Below the pieces are notes generated by a model. The model was not told the origin of the DNA, searched no databases, and worked only from the letters and a program-made list of their open reading frames with translations. Made by a program: the position numbers and the translations under genes. From Terriglobia bacterium (lineage in GTDB: Bacteria > Acidobacteriota > Terriglobia > 20CM-2-55-15), in NCBI GenBank assembly GCA_965198225.1, contig CBDAOY010000007.1, positions 224,001 through 288,000 of the forward strand: DNA of 64,000 nt, given 5' to 3'. This document shows positions 29,467-38,336 of this stretch, one piece after another. Within the stretch, counting starts at the first letter, position 1. Each line of letters opens with the position of its first letter.

Positions 29467-30425
29467 GCGCCACCGGAGGCATGGACTACCTTCGGCCGTT
29501 TTTGCCGGGACTGGAATCGGTCCTCGAAGATGAGGACGTCAGCGAGATCATGATTAACGGTCCCGCCAACGTCTGGGTTGAAAGCCGGGGGGAAATCCGG
29601 CAGCATCCCGCGCCGGGCCTCGATCGGGCCGCGCTGGATCGTGCGGCCATTCAGATCGCGCGGCCCCTGGGTCTCGATCCGGCCACCGCGCCCATTCTCG
29701 ATGCGCGCCTGGACGATGGCTCCCGCGTGGCGATCTGTGTCCCCCCGGCCGCGCCGCACGTCGCCATCACCATCCGGCGCTTCGGAAACCGCGCATTCAC
29801 GGCCGAGCAACTCGTCGCCCAGGGTGCCCTGCCGCAGCTCGTCTACGAGACAGCCCGCTCTCTGCTCCGGTCCCGCTCGAACATCCTGGTCAGCGGGGGG
29901 ACCGGGTCGGGAAAAACCACGCTGCTCAATGCCCTGGTCGAACTGCTCCCCGACGACGACCGCATTGTTTCCATCGAGGACCCGCTGGAGCTCCGGATCG
30001 AGAGGGACAACTGTGTCCGCTTCGAGGCACGCGGCCTGACCGATGGCGTCACGATCCGCGACCTGGTCAAGCATTCTCTCCGGCACCGCCCCGACCACAT
30101 TGTGGTCGGCGAAGTCCGCGGCGGCGAGGCCGCCGACCTCCTGCAGGCGCTCAATACCGGGCACGGCGGCTCCCTGACCACCGTCCACGCGAACAACGCC
30201 CTATCGGCGCTGTCCCGGCTCGCAGCCTGCGCCATGCAGGGCGAGAGCGACCTGCCTTGGGAAGTCACCTGCCGGGGCGTGGTGGACGGGATTCAGATGG
30301 TGGTTCACATGACGCGCCGGGAAGGGCGGCGTTTTGTCGAGGAAGCCTTGCTGGTTAAAGGCTACGAAGCGGGTGAAAACCGTTGGCTCACAGAACCGAT
30401 CTGGAGGGAACACGATGATGCATGA
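29463..30425 (+). CDS. VirB11/CpaF-like secretion ATPase
   Basis: GGTGSGKTT, SIEDPLEL, LRHRPDHIVVGEVRG and NTGHGGSLTTVHAN motifs. Confidence 0.92.
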   Translation: MSATGGMDYLRPFLPGLESVLEDEDVSEIMINGPANVWVESRGEIRQHPAPGLDRAALDRAAIQIARPLGLDPATAPILDARLDDGSRVAICVPPAAPHVAITIRRFGNRAFTAEQLVAQGALPQLVYETARSLLRSRSNILVSGGTGSGKTTLLNALVELLPDDDRIVSIEDPLELRIERDNCVRFEARGLTDGVTIRDLVKHSLRHRPDHIVVGEVRGGEAADLLQALNTGHGGSLTTVHANNALSALSRLAACAMQGESDLPWEVTCRGVVDGIQMVVHMTRREGRRFVEEALLVKGYEAGENRWLTEPIWREHDDA

Positions 30426-30675
30426 CGAAACCAAGGACGAGACAAGGCGTGACGACATGAACTCCCAAGAGAAAGTCATACGGGTCACCTCGCTCGAAGA
30501 CTTCGACCGGGAGCTGGCGCGGGACGGAGGTGAAACCCTCGAGGTCCCGGCCTGGATGGCCACCGAGTACGGCATCTTCCCCGAGGACGTCGGCACGGAG
30601 GACGAAATCCGGGACGACGGCCAAGGGCCAGCCAGCGAAGCTATGACCAAGCGTTCGGCGGAAAGGAGCGACTGA
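30415..30675 (+). CDS. Small acidic hypothetical protein
   Basis: RBS GGAGG before ATG 30415; coupled to neighbours on both sides. Confidence 0.5.
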   Translation: MMHDETKDETRRDDMNSQEKVIRVTSLEDFDRELARDGGETLEVPAWMATEYGIFPEDVGTEDEIRDDGQGPASEAMTKRSAERSD

Positions 30676-31900
30676 TGCCGCAACAAGACGATGCTCTCGT
30701 TGCGGCCATTGCGCGCAACGACCCGGCTGGCGTCGAAGCCGCCATCGGCGCGGGCGCCGATCTGAATGCCCGCCAGGGCTACAACCACACCGCCTTGTCC
30801 CGTGCCGTCGCCAATGACTCGGCCCGCCTCGCCGGCCTGTTGCTTGAGCGCGGCGCGGACCCGAACGCTCGCAGCGAGAGCGGAGAAACCCCGCTCCATC
30901 ACGCCCGGCTGGCATCCCGTGAAGTCTTCGATCGGATGATCGCAGCCAGCGCGGATCCGAACTCCGCCGACCGCATTGGCCGGACTCCGTTGCATCTCGC
31001 CGTCTCCGACCCCGATTCAGACAGCCTGGAGCGCTTCGAGCGGGTCGTCCGCTTGATCAACGCCGGGGCGGACCCGAACGCCCGCACGAATCGCCAGGAA
31101 ACCCCCTTGCACCGGGCGGCCCTTTCCTTACGCGACTCCGCTCCAACCATCCGGCAACTACTGGATGCCGGTGCGGACCCGAAGGCCCGGGACGAGCTGG
31201 GCAACACAGCCCTTCATTACGCCGCCGGCAAGTCGTCCATCGACCGGGCCTGTGCGGTGGATCACTTGCTCCGAGCCGGAGCTGGACTCCATGCCCGGAA
31301 TCTCGCCGGAGCCACGCCGCTTCATTTCGCGGCGGCCGGCGATGGGGACGGGCAAGCCAAGACAATGACCCGGCTGCTCCCCGAGCACCCTGACCTGACC
31401 ATCCGCAACGCCGACGGGCAGACGCCCCTAGACGTTGCCACCTCACCCACCGCCAAGGAAATCCTTTCCCGGCGATGGCCCGCGACTGCCCGCCAGCAAC
31501 AGGAGACAACAACCGTGAAGGAACAACCCGAGAAGAACACGCCGAAGAAACCGGACCGTACCGAGGAATACCACCGTCAGTTCGCCGACAGGATCATCAA
31601 GCAGATCGAGCAGGGCACCGCCCCGTGGCAGAAGCCGTGGAAGCCGGGCGAGCGCGTCCTCCCGTCGAACGTCGATACCGGTCGGCCCTATGCGGGCGGC
31701 AACAGCCTCCATCTGGCCGCCGTGGCGCAAGCGCGCGGCTACGCCGACGTCCGCTGGGGAACCTACCGCCAGATCCAGGCCCTCGGCGGCCAGGTCCGAA
31801 AAGGCGAGCAGGGCACCCGCATCCTGTCCTACCAGGATCACAAACGAGTTGCCGTCACTGACGAGCGGGGACAGCCCGTGACCGATTCGGAAGGCAAGCG
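30675..31900 (+). CDS. Ankyrin repeats fused in frame to an ArdC (DUF1738) N-terminal domain; 3' truncated
   Basis: TPLH ankyrin repeats, then IIKQIEQGTAPWQKPW...YAGGN...RWGTYRQ...GGQVRKGE; internal AGGAGA + GTG at 31516. Confidence 0.75.
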
Positions 31901-32190
31901 GCCGATTCTGAGCGGCGCCGCGCCGCCCAAGACCTGGGCCTTCCCATCGACGAGAACGGGCGCGTGCACTACCCCGACGCGCAACTGGAGTACACCGGTG
32001 AGGATGGCCGCACCGGCCGCGTCAACGTCGAGGTGGCCTCCGGACACTGCAGCGCTTCCGCCATCCGGCCAAGGCGAACGTCGGATTCGTGGTACACGCC
32101 ACCGGATCCTCCCAGGCCCGGGTGCTTCGCGTATTGGGCACCGGCGGGGAGCATGGCTCTATTCGGGGGCCGACCCAGGGGGATCCGGCG
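31900..32190 (+). pseudogene. C-terminal fragment of a replication-relaxation-like mobile-element protein
   Basis: Alternative frame LGLPIDENGRVHYPDAQLEYTGEDGRTGRVNVEVASGH; frameshifted. Confidence 0.4.
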
Positions 32191-32446
32191 GCTTTCGAAC
32201 TGTACGGGACGGCAATGCAACCGTGGAAAATCAGCGCGGGTTTGACCGCCGCCGTTGCAGGTGTGACCGTCCTCGCTGCTGGTTCGCGTCTGGACTATCT
32301 GGCGCCATTCTGGCGGGTCATCCTCGCCGACCATGGCCTGGTCATCGCCTTGCATCTGGGCCTGGTGCTGGCCGCAGTGGCGGCTACGCTCTACGCGTGC
32401 GCCCGGGCCGCCGGGCTGGCCGACCTGGGGCGGAGGGTCGTTCTAG

Positions 32447-34071
32447 GAGCCTGTCGGGAATAGATTCACGGATCGGAAGAGCAGTCCGGACCTGAGATGG
32501 CTGAAGAGATTGGTAGAAAGAGGCATTATGAAATGCTTTCTGATCGACGATCTGGACCAGGGCTTGTTGATGCCGCCGTCGTTACACGACTGGCTACCGG
32601 AGAATCACCTGGCGCGATTCGTGGTGGATTTGGTGGACACGTTGGATCTTTCGGCATTCTACCGGTCCTACGAGGAGAAGGACGGGAGGGGGCAGGCGGC
32701 GTACCATCCAGTGATGATGGTGCGGTTGTTGATTTATGGCTATTGCACCGGAGTGGTCAGCTCGCGGCAGATCGAGAAGCGGACGTACGAGGATGTGGCG
32801 TTTCGGTACCTGAGTGCGGATTCCCATCCGGATCACAGCACGGTGAGCGAGTTTCGGAAGCGGCATTTGGGAGCACTGGCGGGACTGTTCCTGCAAGCGC
32901 TGCAATTGTGCCAGAAGGCGGGGCTGGTGAAACTGGGGCATGTGGCGGTGGACGGGAGCAAGGTGCAGGGGAACGCAAGCAAACACAAGGCGATGAGTTA
33001 CGGTCGGATGTGTGAATCCGAGGAGAAGTTGAAGGCCGAAGTGGAAGAGTTGCTCCGGCAGGCCGAAGCGGCGGATGCGGCCGAGGATGAGAAGGAACGG
33101 CGAGGACAGGCCGACAAGTTACCCGACGAGTTGGCCCGGCGTGAAAGTCGGCTGAAGAAGATCCGGGAGGCGAAGGCGGCACTGGAAGCCGAAGCCCAGC
33201 AGAAGGCCGAGGAGACGAAGGCGGCCGCGGAAGCCCGAACCGCCGAACGGCTCCAGAAGGAGGCTGAGACAGGTCGGAAGACTCCGGGACGCCCACCGCA
33301 GGTTCCCGATCCCGAGCAGGCGGTGCCGGAACCAAAGGCGCAACGGAACTTCACGGACCCGGACAGCCGGATCATGCCCGACGGGGCGCACAAAGGCAGC
33401 TTCGTACAGGCCTACAATGCACAGATTGCCGTGGATAGCGAAGCACAGATCATCGTGGCCGCCAACATCACGCAGCAGAGCAACGACAAACAACAACTGG
33501 CACCGATGTTGGAACAGGTGAAGCAGAATACGGGAGCCTCCCCGGTGGCGTGCAGTGCCGATACCGGCTATTGGAGCCCGGAGCAAGTCGCCGACAAGCG
33601 GGTTGAAGGCATCGACCTGCACGTGGCGACAGGCAGGGATAAACATGGCGCATCGGCCGCACCCATCCAGGTATCGGATGAAGGTGACCTTCTGCAGCAA
33701 ATGAGACAGAAACTCCAAAGCGAGGCCGGCCGGGCGGTTTACAAGATGCGCAAGGCGATTGTGGAACCGGTATTCGGACAGATCAAGGAATGCCGGCACT
33801 TCCGCCGGTTCAGTCTCCGCGGACTGGAGAACGTGCAGGCAGAGTGGACGCTGGTGTGCCTGACACACAATCTATTGAAACTGTATCGCGCGGGACGGGG
33901 TGATACAGATGTCGGCAGCATGAATCAAGGTCCAGGGTTCTTGGAAAGCAGCTTCTACAGACAACATACAGGCTGTCTCCGCTCCATTTGGATTGTCTGT
34001 GACTCTTTTCGCCGCCTCTTCATCCAATACGCCGCCTTGCATCCTTCAATAACCTTATTGCCGACAGGCTC
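32447..34071 (+). mobile_element. IS1182-family insertion sequence with CTAG target duplication
   Basis: TIRs GAGCCTGTCGGGAATA / TATTGCCGACAGGCTC; CTAG at 32443-32446 and 34072-34075. Confidence 0.92.
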
Positions 34072-34075
34072 CTAG
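32528..34075 (+). CDS. IS1182-family transposase
   Basis: LMPPSLHDWLPENHLARF, VAVDGSK, NFTDPDSRIM, YNAQIAVD, ADTGY and VEPVFGQIK motifs. Confidence 0.93.
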   Translation: MKCFLIDDLDQGLLMPPSLHDWLPENHLARFVVDLVDTLDLSAFYRSYEEKDGRGQAAYHPVMMVRLLIYGYCTGVVSSRQIEKRTYEDVAFRYLSADSHPDHSTVSEFRKRHLGALAGLFLQALQLCQKAGLVKLGHVAVDGSKVQGNASKHKAMSYGRMCESEEKLKAEVEELLRQAEAADAAEDEKERRGQADKLPDELARRESRLKKIREAKAALEAEAQQKAEETKAAAEARTAERLQKEAETGRKTPGRPPQVPDPEQAVPEPKAQRNFTDPDSRIMPDGAHKGSFVQAYNAQIAVDSEAQIIVAANITQQSNDKQQLAPMLEQVKQNTGASPVACSADTGYWSPEQVADKRVEGIDLHVATGRDKHGASAAPIQVSDEGDLLQQMRQKLQSEAGRAVYKMRKAIVEPVFGQIKECRHFRRFSLRGLENVQAEWTLVCLTHNLLKLYRAGRGDTDVGSMNQGPGFLESSFYRQHTGCLRSIWIVCDSFRRLFIQYAALHPSITLLPTGS

Positions 34076-34274
34076 TGGAGCGCTCGATCCGCCGTGGCGA
34101 AGGCGATCCGGAACTCGCCGGGGCCCTCCGGCGGGGCGCCGAAGGTGATTGGGAATGACCTCCGCACCCGGAGTTCTGCATTTCTGGGGCTTTTCTTTGA
34201 AATCGATCGCAGCAAGCCGAGCAGGCTAAGTGGGAAATGGTTTTTGACGGATTTTCTTGATCTCTGAGACAGCA

Positions 34275-34499
34275 ATGAATCCTGAATCAACATTCTCCGA
34301 GAACAATACGGAAGAGGTCCTTGAAGCGCTTCTCACCGTCGAGGAAGTTTCAGCTTTGCTCAAGGTTCCCAAGTCGTGGGTCTATGGCAAGACAAGACGG
34401 CGAGGTTTGGAGCGTCTTCCTCATTTGAAATTGGGCAAGTATCTCCGTTTTGAAGAACATGACGTTAAAGCGTTTCTTCAGCGATGCAAATCCCGATGA
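34275..34499 (+). CDS. Excisionase / HTH_17 DNA-binding protein
   Basis: LLTVEEVSALLKVPKSWVY...LPHLKLGKYLRF; directly upstream of the integrase. Confidence 0.85.
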   Translation: MNPESTFSENNTEEVLEALLTVEEVSALLKVPKSWVYGKTRRRGLERLPHLKLGKYLRFEEHDVKAFLQRCKSR

Positions 34500-34573
34500 C
34501 GATGTCTGCAGCAACCGGTACAATAGCCGGCGAACTAGAGCAAGAAGAGCCAACGGGAGAAAGGAAAACTCGT

Positions 34574-35719
34574 ATGGCTCGAAAGAAGCGGCCGTATGGA
34601 AGCGGCTGTGTCATCTCCACAGCCAATGGATTGGCGATTCGCTGGCGGGAAACAATTGTCAAGGACGGCAGACGACACCGGGTTCTACGTTATGAAGCGC
34701 TCGGTAACGTTTCCAGGAAGGAAGCAGCCAAGAAACTTCGGGAGAAACTCCAGACAGCGGATATTCCCAGACAGGCGCCAATCACATTCGAAGAACTGGC
34801 ATCAGAGTGGGTGAAGAGCATCGTGCCCATGTACAAGTACTCGACGCGCAAGAGCCACCGGCACATTCTCAACAAGCATCTGTTGCCAATGTTCGGAACG
34901 CTCGAATTAACGAAGCTCACCCGGCAACGGGTCCAGGGCTTTATCGCTGAGTTGAACAGGTTCGGCTATGCGCCGCATTCAATCCACCACTATCACGAGG
35001 TATTGAGCGCGGTGCTGCGGACCGCGGTGTCTTGGAACCATATCAGCGAGAATCCCGCGCAGGGCGTTTCATTGCCGAAACTCAAGCCTAAACGTCCGAA
35101 GACAGTGTTGACGCCGAAGCAGGCAGCGGACTTGCTGCTTGTATTACCCCTCAAGACCAAGACGATGGTTGCGCTGGCGATTCTCTCCGGATTGCGGAGG
35201 GGGGAATTGCTGGCCCTGCGGTGGAAAGCAGTCGATGAATCCGCTGGCTCCATCATCGTGTCGGAAGCCGTCTATGACGGCCGTTTCGACAGCCCGAAGA
35301 CCAAAGCGGGAAAACGGGCCGTCCCTGTGCCGGAGCATATGCTGGACCTGCTGATGGAATGGAAGGCGAAGGCTCGCCGAACGGATCCCGAGGACCTGGT
35401 GTTTGGCACCAGGAATGGAACTCCGGTTTCATCGAACAACTTGATGCGACGGCAGATTCTGCCTGCCTGTGAAAAGCTTGGACTGCCGCGCTCCACATGG
35501 CTGACGTTCAGGCGTACGTATTCCTCGTGGTCGCATCAGAATGGAGTGCCCGACAAGGTGATCGCCGAGCTGATGGGGCATGCGAACGTCTACACGACCC
35601 TCAATGTCTACACACAAGTGATGGACGAGTCCAGGCGTGCGGCTGCCGGCCGGATCGGAAGGGAATTGTTCAGTATTGTTCAGTTTCGGGGAAAATCAGC
35701 CAAAAAACAGACAGCTTGA
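34574..35719 (+). CDS. int: Tyrosine recombinase (phage-type integrase)
   Basis: N-terminal arm-binding-like region; SGLRRGELLAL, PKTK, LTFRRTY and LMGHANVYTTLNVYTQ motifs; adjacent to the tRNA. Confidence 0.93.
   Translation: MARKKRPYGSGCVISTANGLAIRWRETIVKDGRRHRVLRYEALGNVSRKEAAKKLREKLQTADIPRQAPITFEELASEWVKSIVPMYKYSTRKSHRHILNKHLLPMFGTLELTKLTRQRVQGFIAELNRFGYAPHSIHHYHEVLSAVLRTAVSWNHISENPAQGVSLPKLKPKRPKTVLTPKQAADLLLVLPLKTKTMVALAILSGLRRGELLALRWKAVDESAGSIIVSEAVYDGRFDSPKTKAGKRAVPVPEHMLDLLMEWKAKARRTDPEDLVFGTRNGTPVSSNNLMRRQILPACEKLGLPRSTWLTFRRTYSSWSHQNGVPDKVIAELMGHANVYTTLNVYTQVMDESRRAAAGRIGRELFSIVQFRGKSAKKQTA
35663..35684 (+). repeat. Arm-type repeat pair inside the integrase 3' end
   Basis: GAATTGTTCAGT-ATTGTTCAGT, the same motif as in junctions J1-J4. 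Confidence 0.8.
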
Positions 35720-35762
35720 GAAATGGCTAAAATAATAAAATAGAAGCGGTTATCCCCTCTAA

Positions 35763-35835
35763 GGGATCGTAGCTCAGTTGGAAGAGCGCCTGCTTCACAC
35801 GCAGGAGGTCATCGGTTCGAGCCCGGTCGGTCCCA
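35763..35835 (+). tRNA. tRNA-Val (anticodon CAC); CCA not encoded
   Basis: Cloverleaf: GGGATCG/CGGTCCC acceptor stem, GCTC/GAGC D-stem, CCTGC-TTCACAC-GCAGG anticodon arm, TTCGAGC T-loop. Confidence 0.96.
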
Positions 35836-35927
35836 CTATTTAACTTCTGTGTTTTCAACACCGATCTACCGTTCCTCTCGCTACTGAAGACGGAAACGTA
35901 AAGAAACTGTCAGAAAACTCGCCCTAG

Positions 35928-36035
35928 GAGTCTGCGCGGCAGAAGAAACCCGGTACTACATGTCGATGCTAAGTGCTGCGCACACACACTATGCTGTGGT
36001 CACAATGACCCAAAATCGTTCTACCGCGCAGACTC
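35928..36035. mobile_element. 108-bp MITE sharing TIRs with the adjacent IS1182-like element
   Basis: GAGTCTGCGCGGCAGAA / TTCTACCGCGCAGACTC; CTAG at 35924-35927 and 36036-36039. Confidence 0.85.
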
Positions 36036-36603
36036 CTAGCCAGCCAGCGCCGTAAAGGAAGTCGCGCTGTGCTCGTTCGCCTGCCGATCGAGCTTCGACA
36101 GCGCTTCCCGCATCATGTTCAGCTTCGCTTGGCTGTAGCGCTTAAACACTTGCGAATCGCCTTGCCGAAGCATCTGCGTCACGAAATGATCCGCCACGCC
36201 CCCGGCACTGAGCCGGGTCGCAAACGTGTGACGCAACTCATATAGCGAAAAATGGGGCAGCTCGGCGCGCTTGAGTGTCCGGTCCCACAGCTTGCGCACC
36301 GTCGTAATGTGCGGCTTGCTCGACCCCATCCGCGGGCTCGGGAACAGGTAGTCGGAATCGCCGCTCTGTTTCATCTGTGCGGCGAACGCTTCGCGGGCAC
36401 TGTCCGTCATCGGCATGTCCGCGATGCCATTCACCGTCTTTGAATCCGGCAGATGCACGATCCCGTTCTCCAGATCGACCTGTTCCTTGCGCATCGGGAT
36501 CAACTCGCGATAGGGCCGCAGCCCCATCTCCACCATGATCACGATGATGTTGCCAAGGTAAGCAGGCGCGGAGGCTACCAGTCGGGCCTGCTCCGACCAA
36601 CAG
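36036..36603 (-). pseudogene. Second tyrosine integrase, catalytic C-terminal fragment
   Basis: MGLRPYREL, SKT, YELRHTFATRL and MLRQ...KRYS motifs; N-terminus replaced by IS sequence. Confidence 0.85.
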
Positions 36604-37765
36604 CGGTGTCTTTGGGTGGGAGTGGGGCACGGGCGAGATCCTTCTCGCGACCCATCGCAACATACCCGTCAATCTGACGTTGTTCCAACATCCCCAGATT
36701 TGACTCGGATCGATATCCCGCATCGGCCAGCACGCGGTCGGGACGCTCCCCCAGATTGTCGCTCAACGCATCCAGCGTGGGTTCCAACTGCCCCACATCC
36801 GATGCATTGTCAGTCACCGTTGTTGCCACGATGATCCGGGCCTGGGAATCCACCACCGCTTGCGCGTTGTAGCATTGCTGGAACCCTTCGGTGGAGGTCT
36901 TCATCATCCGGCTTTCCGGGTCGGTGAAGTTGTCCTGGGCCGTGGGTTTAGGTTCCCCCATGGGACGTTTGAATGGCTTCTTTCCGCATCCGGGTTTGTG
37001 ATCTTTGGTGTTCCGTCCCGCTTCCTTGTCCGCGGCCATCTGACGTTCTTCGAGCCGCTTCATGGCCGCCTGTATCGTGGCCAGGCGCTTCTTGCGCGTG
37101 GCCAACCCGTCGGGCAGTTCGTCTCCGCGCCGGTCCTTGCCGTATCGCTCGTCTTCGTCCTCATCGGTCGCCTCGGCCCGGTTCAACAGATCCCGAATCT
37201 GTTCACCCAATTCGGTCTCCTGCTTTTTCATGCGTTCGTAGCTCATCGCTTTGCGTTTGCTTGCATTCGCCCGCATCTTGGTCCCGTCCACCGCCACGGT
37301 TCCCATCTTCACCAGTCCCGCTTCCCGCGCCATCATCACCACTTGCACAAACAGGTTTCCGAACTCCTCAAGATGCAGTTTGCGAAAATCCGAGATCGTT
37401 CGGTGCGCCGGAAAGTTCTCCGCTCCCAACATCCGGAACGCTACGTCGTCGGTCAACTTCGCCGCGATCTTCCTGGACGAGAACACTCCGGTCGCGTACC
37501 CATAAATCAGCACCTTCACCATCATCCGCGGATCAAACGCCTGATTGCCCGGACCCTCGGTTCCATACCGCTGTTCGAACGCGCTCAAATCCATCGCGTC
37601 CACCGCGTCCGATATGAAGTACGACAGGTGATCTTCGGCCAACCAATCTCTCAACGACGGTGGCATCAGCAGTGTTTGTTCTGGGCTATAAGTCCGATAG
37701 GTTCGTGCCATGACATATCTTCGATCTTTATCCGCCCAATTCCGGTCCTTCTGCCGCGCAGACTC
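36604..37765 (-). mobile_element. Truncated IS1182-family element (transposase starts at 37711; 3' end lost)
   Basis: LMPPSLRDWL, VAVDGTK, NFTDPESRMM and ADAGY motifs; one TIR at 37749-37765. Confidence 0.88.
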
Positions 37766-38261
37766 CTATAGCGCGAAGAAAGATGAAGATATCGATCCCA
37801 TTCATCTCTGGAGGCCGAACGTTGCTGGCCTTCTCCCAGGGAAGTGGTGGTCCCGTATTCCTCCAGAAAACGGATTCTGTCAGATTCCAACTAATGTTTT
37901 TCACATTCTTCGGTCACGGGAAAGATTGACGGTCCCTCAGGGAGTTGCAGTATATGCACGAGCGACCGATGAAGAAATCGGAGAGATGCGTATCCACTAT
38001 GCCGGGTTCGTGCACCCTCACTTTGGCCTCGGGCGACCCGATAAACGCGGGGGTACTCCACTGATTTTCGAGGTCCGCTGCCACAACTTGGATGTCGTTC
38101 TTAGGCAGGGTGAGGTTTTGGCGCGCTTGCAGTTCTACCGAATGTCTCAGGGAGAGGATCTCAGTACGCGGGACAAGGAGAAGATCGAGAATTTACAGGA
38201 CGATCCTTACGCAACTCAAGAGTTAAATCTCTCAAAGATATTCTCCACCAAATGGAACTAA
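37766..38261 (+). pseudogene. dCTP deaminase-like C-terminal fragment, 5' end cut by the IS
   Basis: EIGEMRIHYAGFVHPHFG...GTPLIFEVR...GEVLARLQFYRM. Confidence 0.7.
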
Positions 38262-38336
38262 GTAGGGCAAGATGTCGGTCGAGGAGATTCGTTGAAAGTG
38301 GTGGGACCCGAGGACATAAATCGCAAGTGATTCGTT

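Larger units (their letters stand above)
32214..34159 (+). pseudogene. Small membrane protein gene interrupted by IS1182
   Basis: MQPWKISAGL...LGRRVVL before the IS resumes as LVERSIRRGEGDPEL...DWE* after it. Confidence 0.6.
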
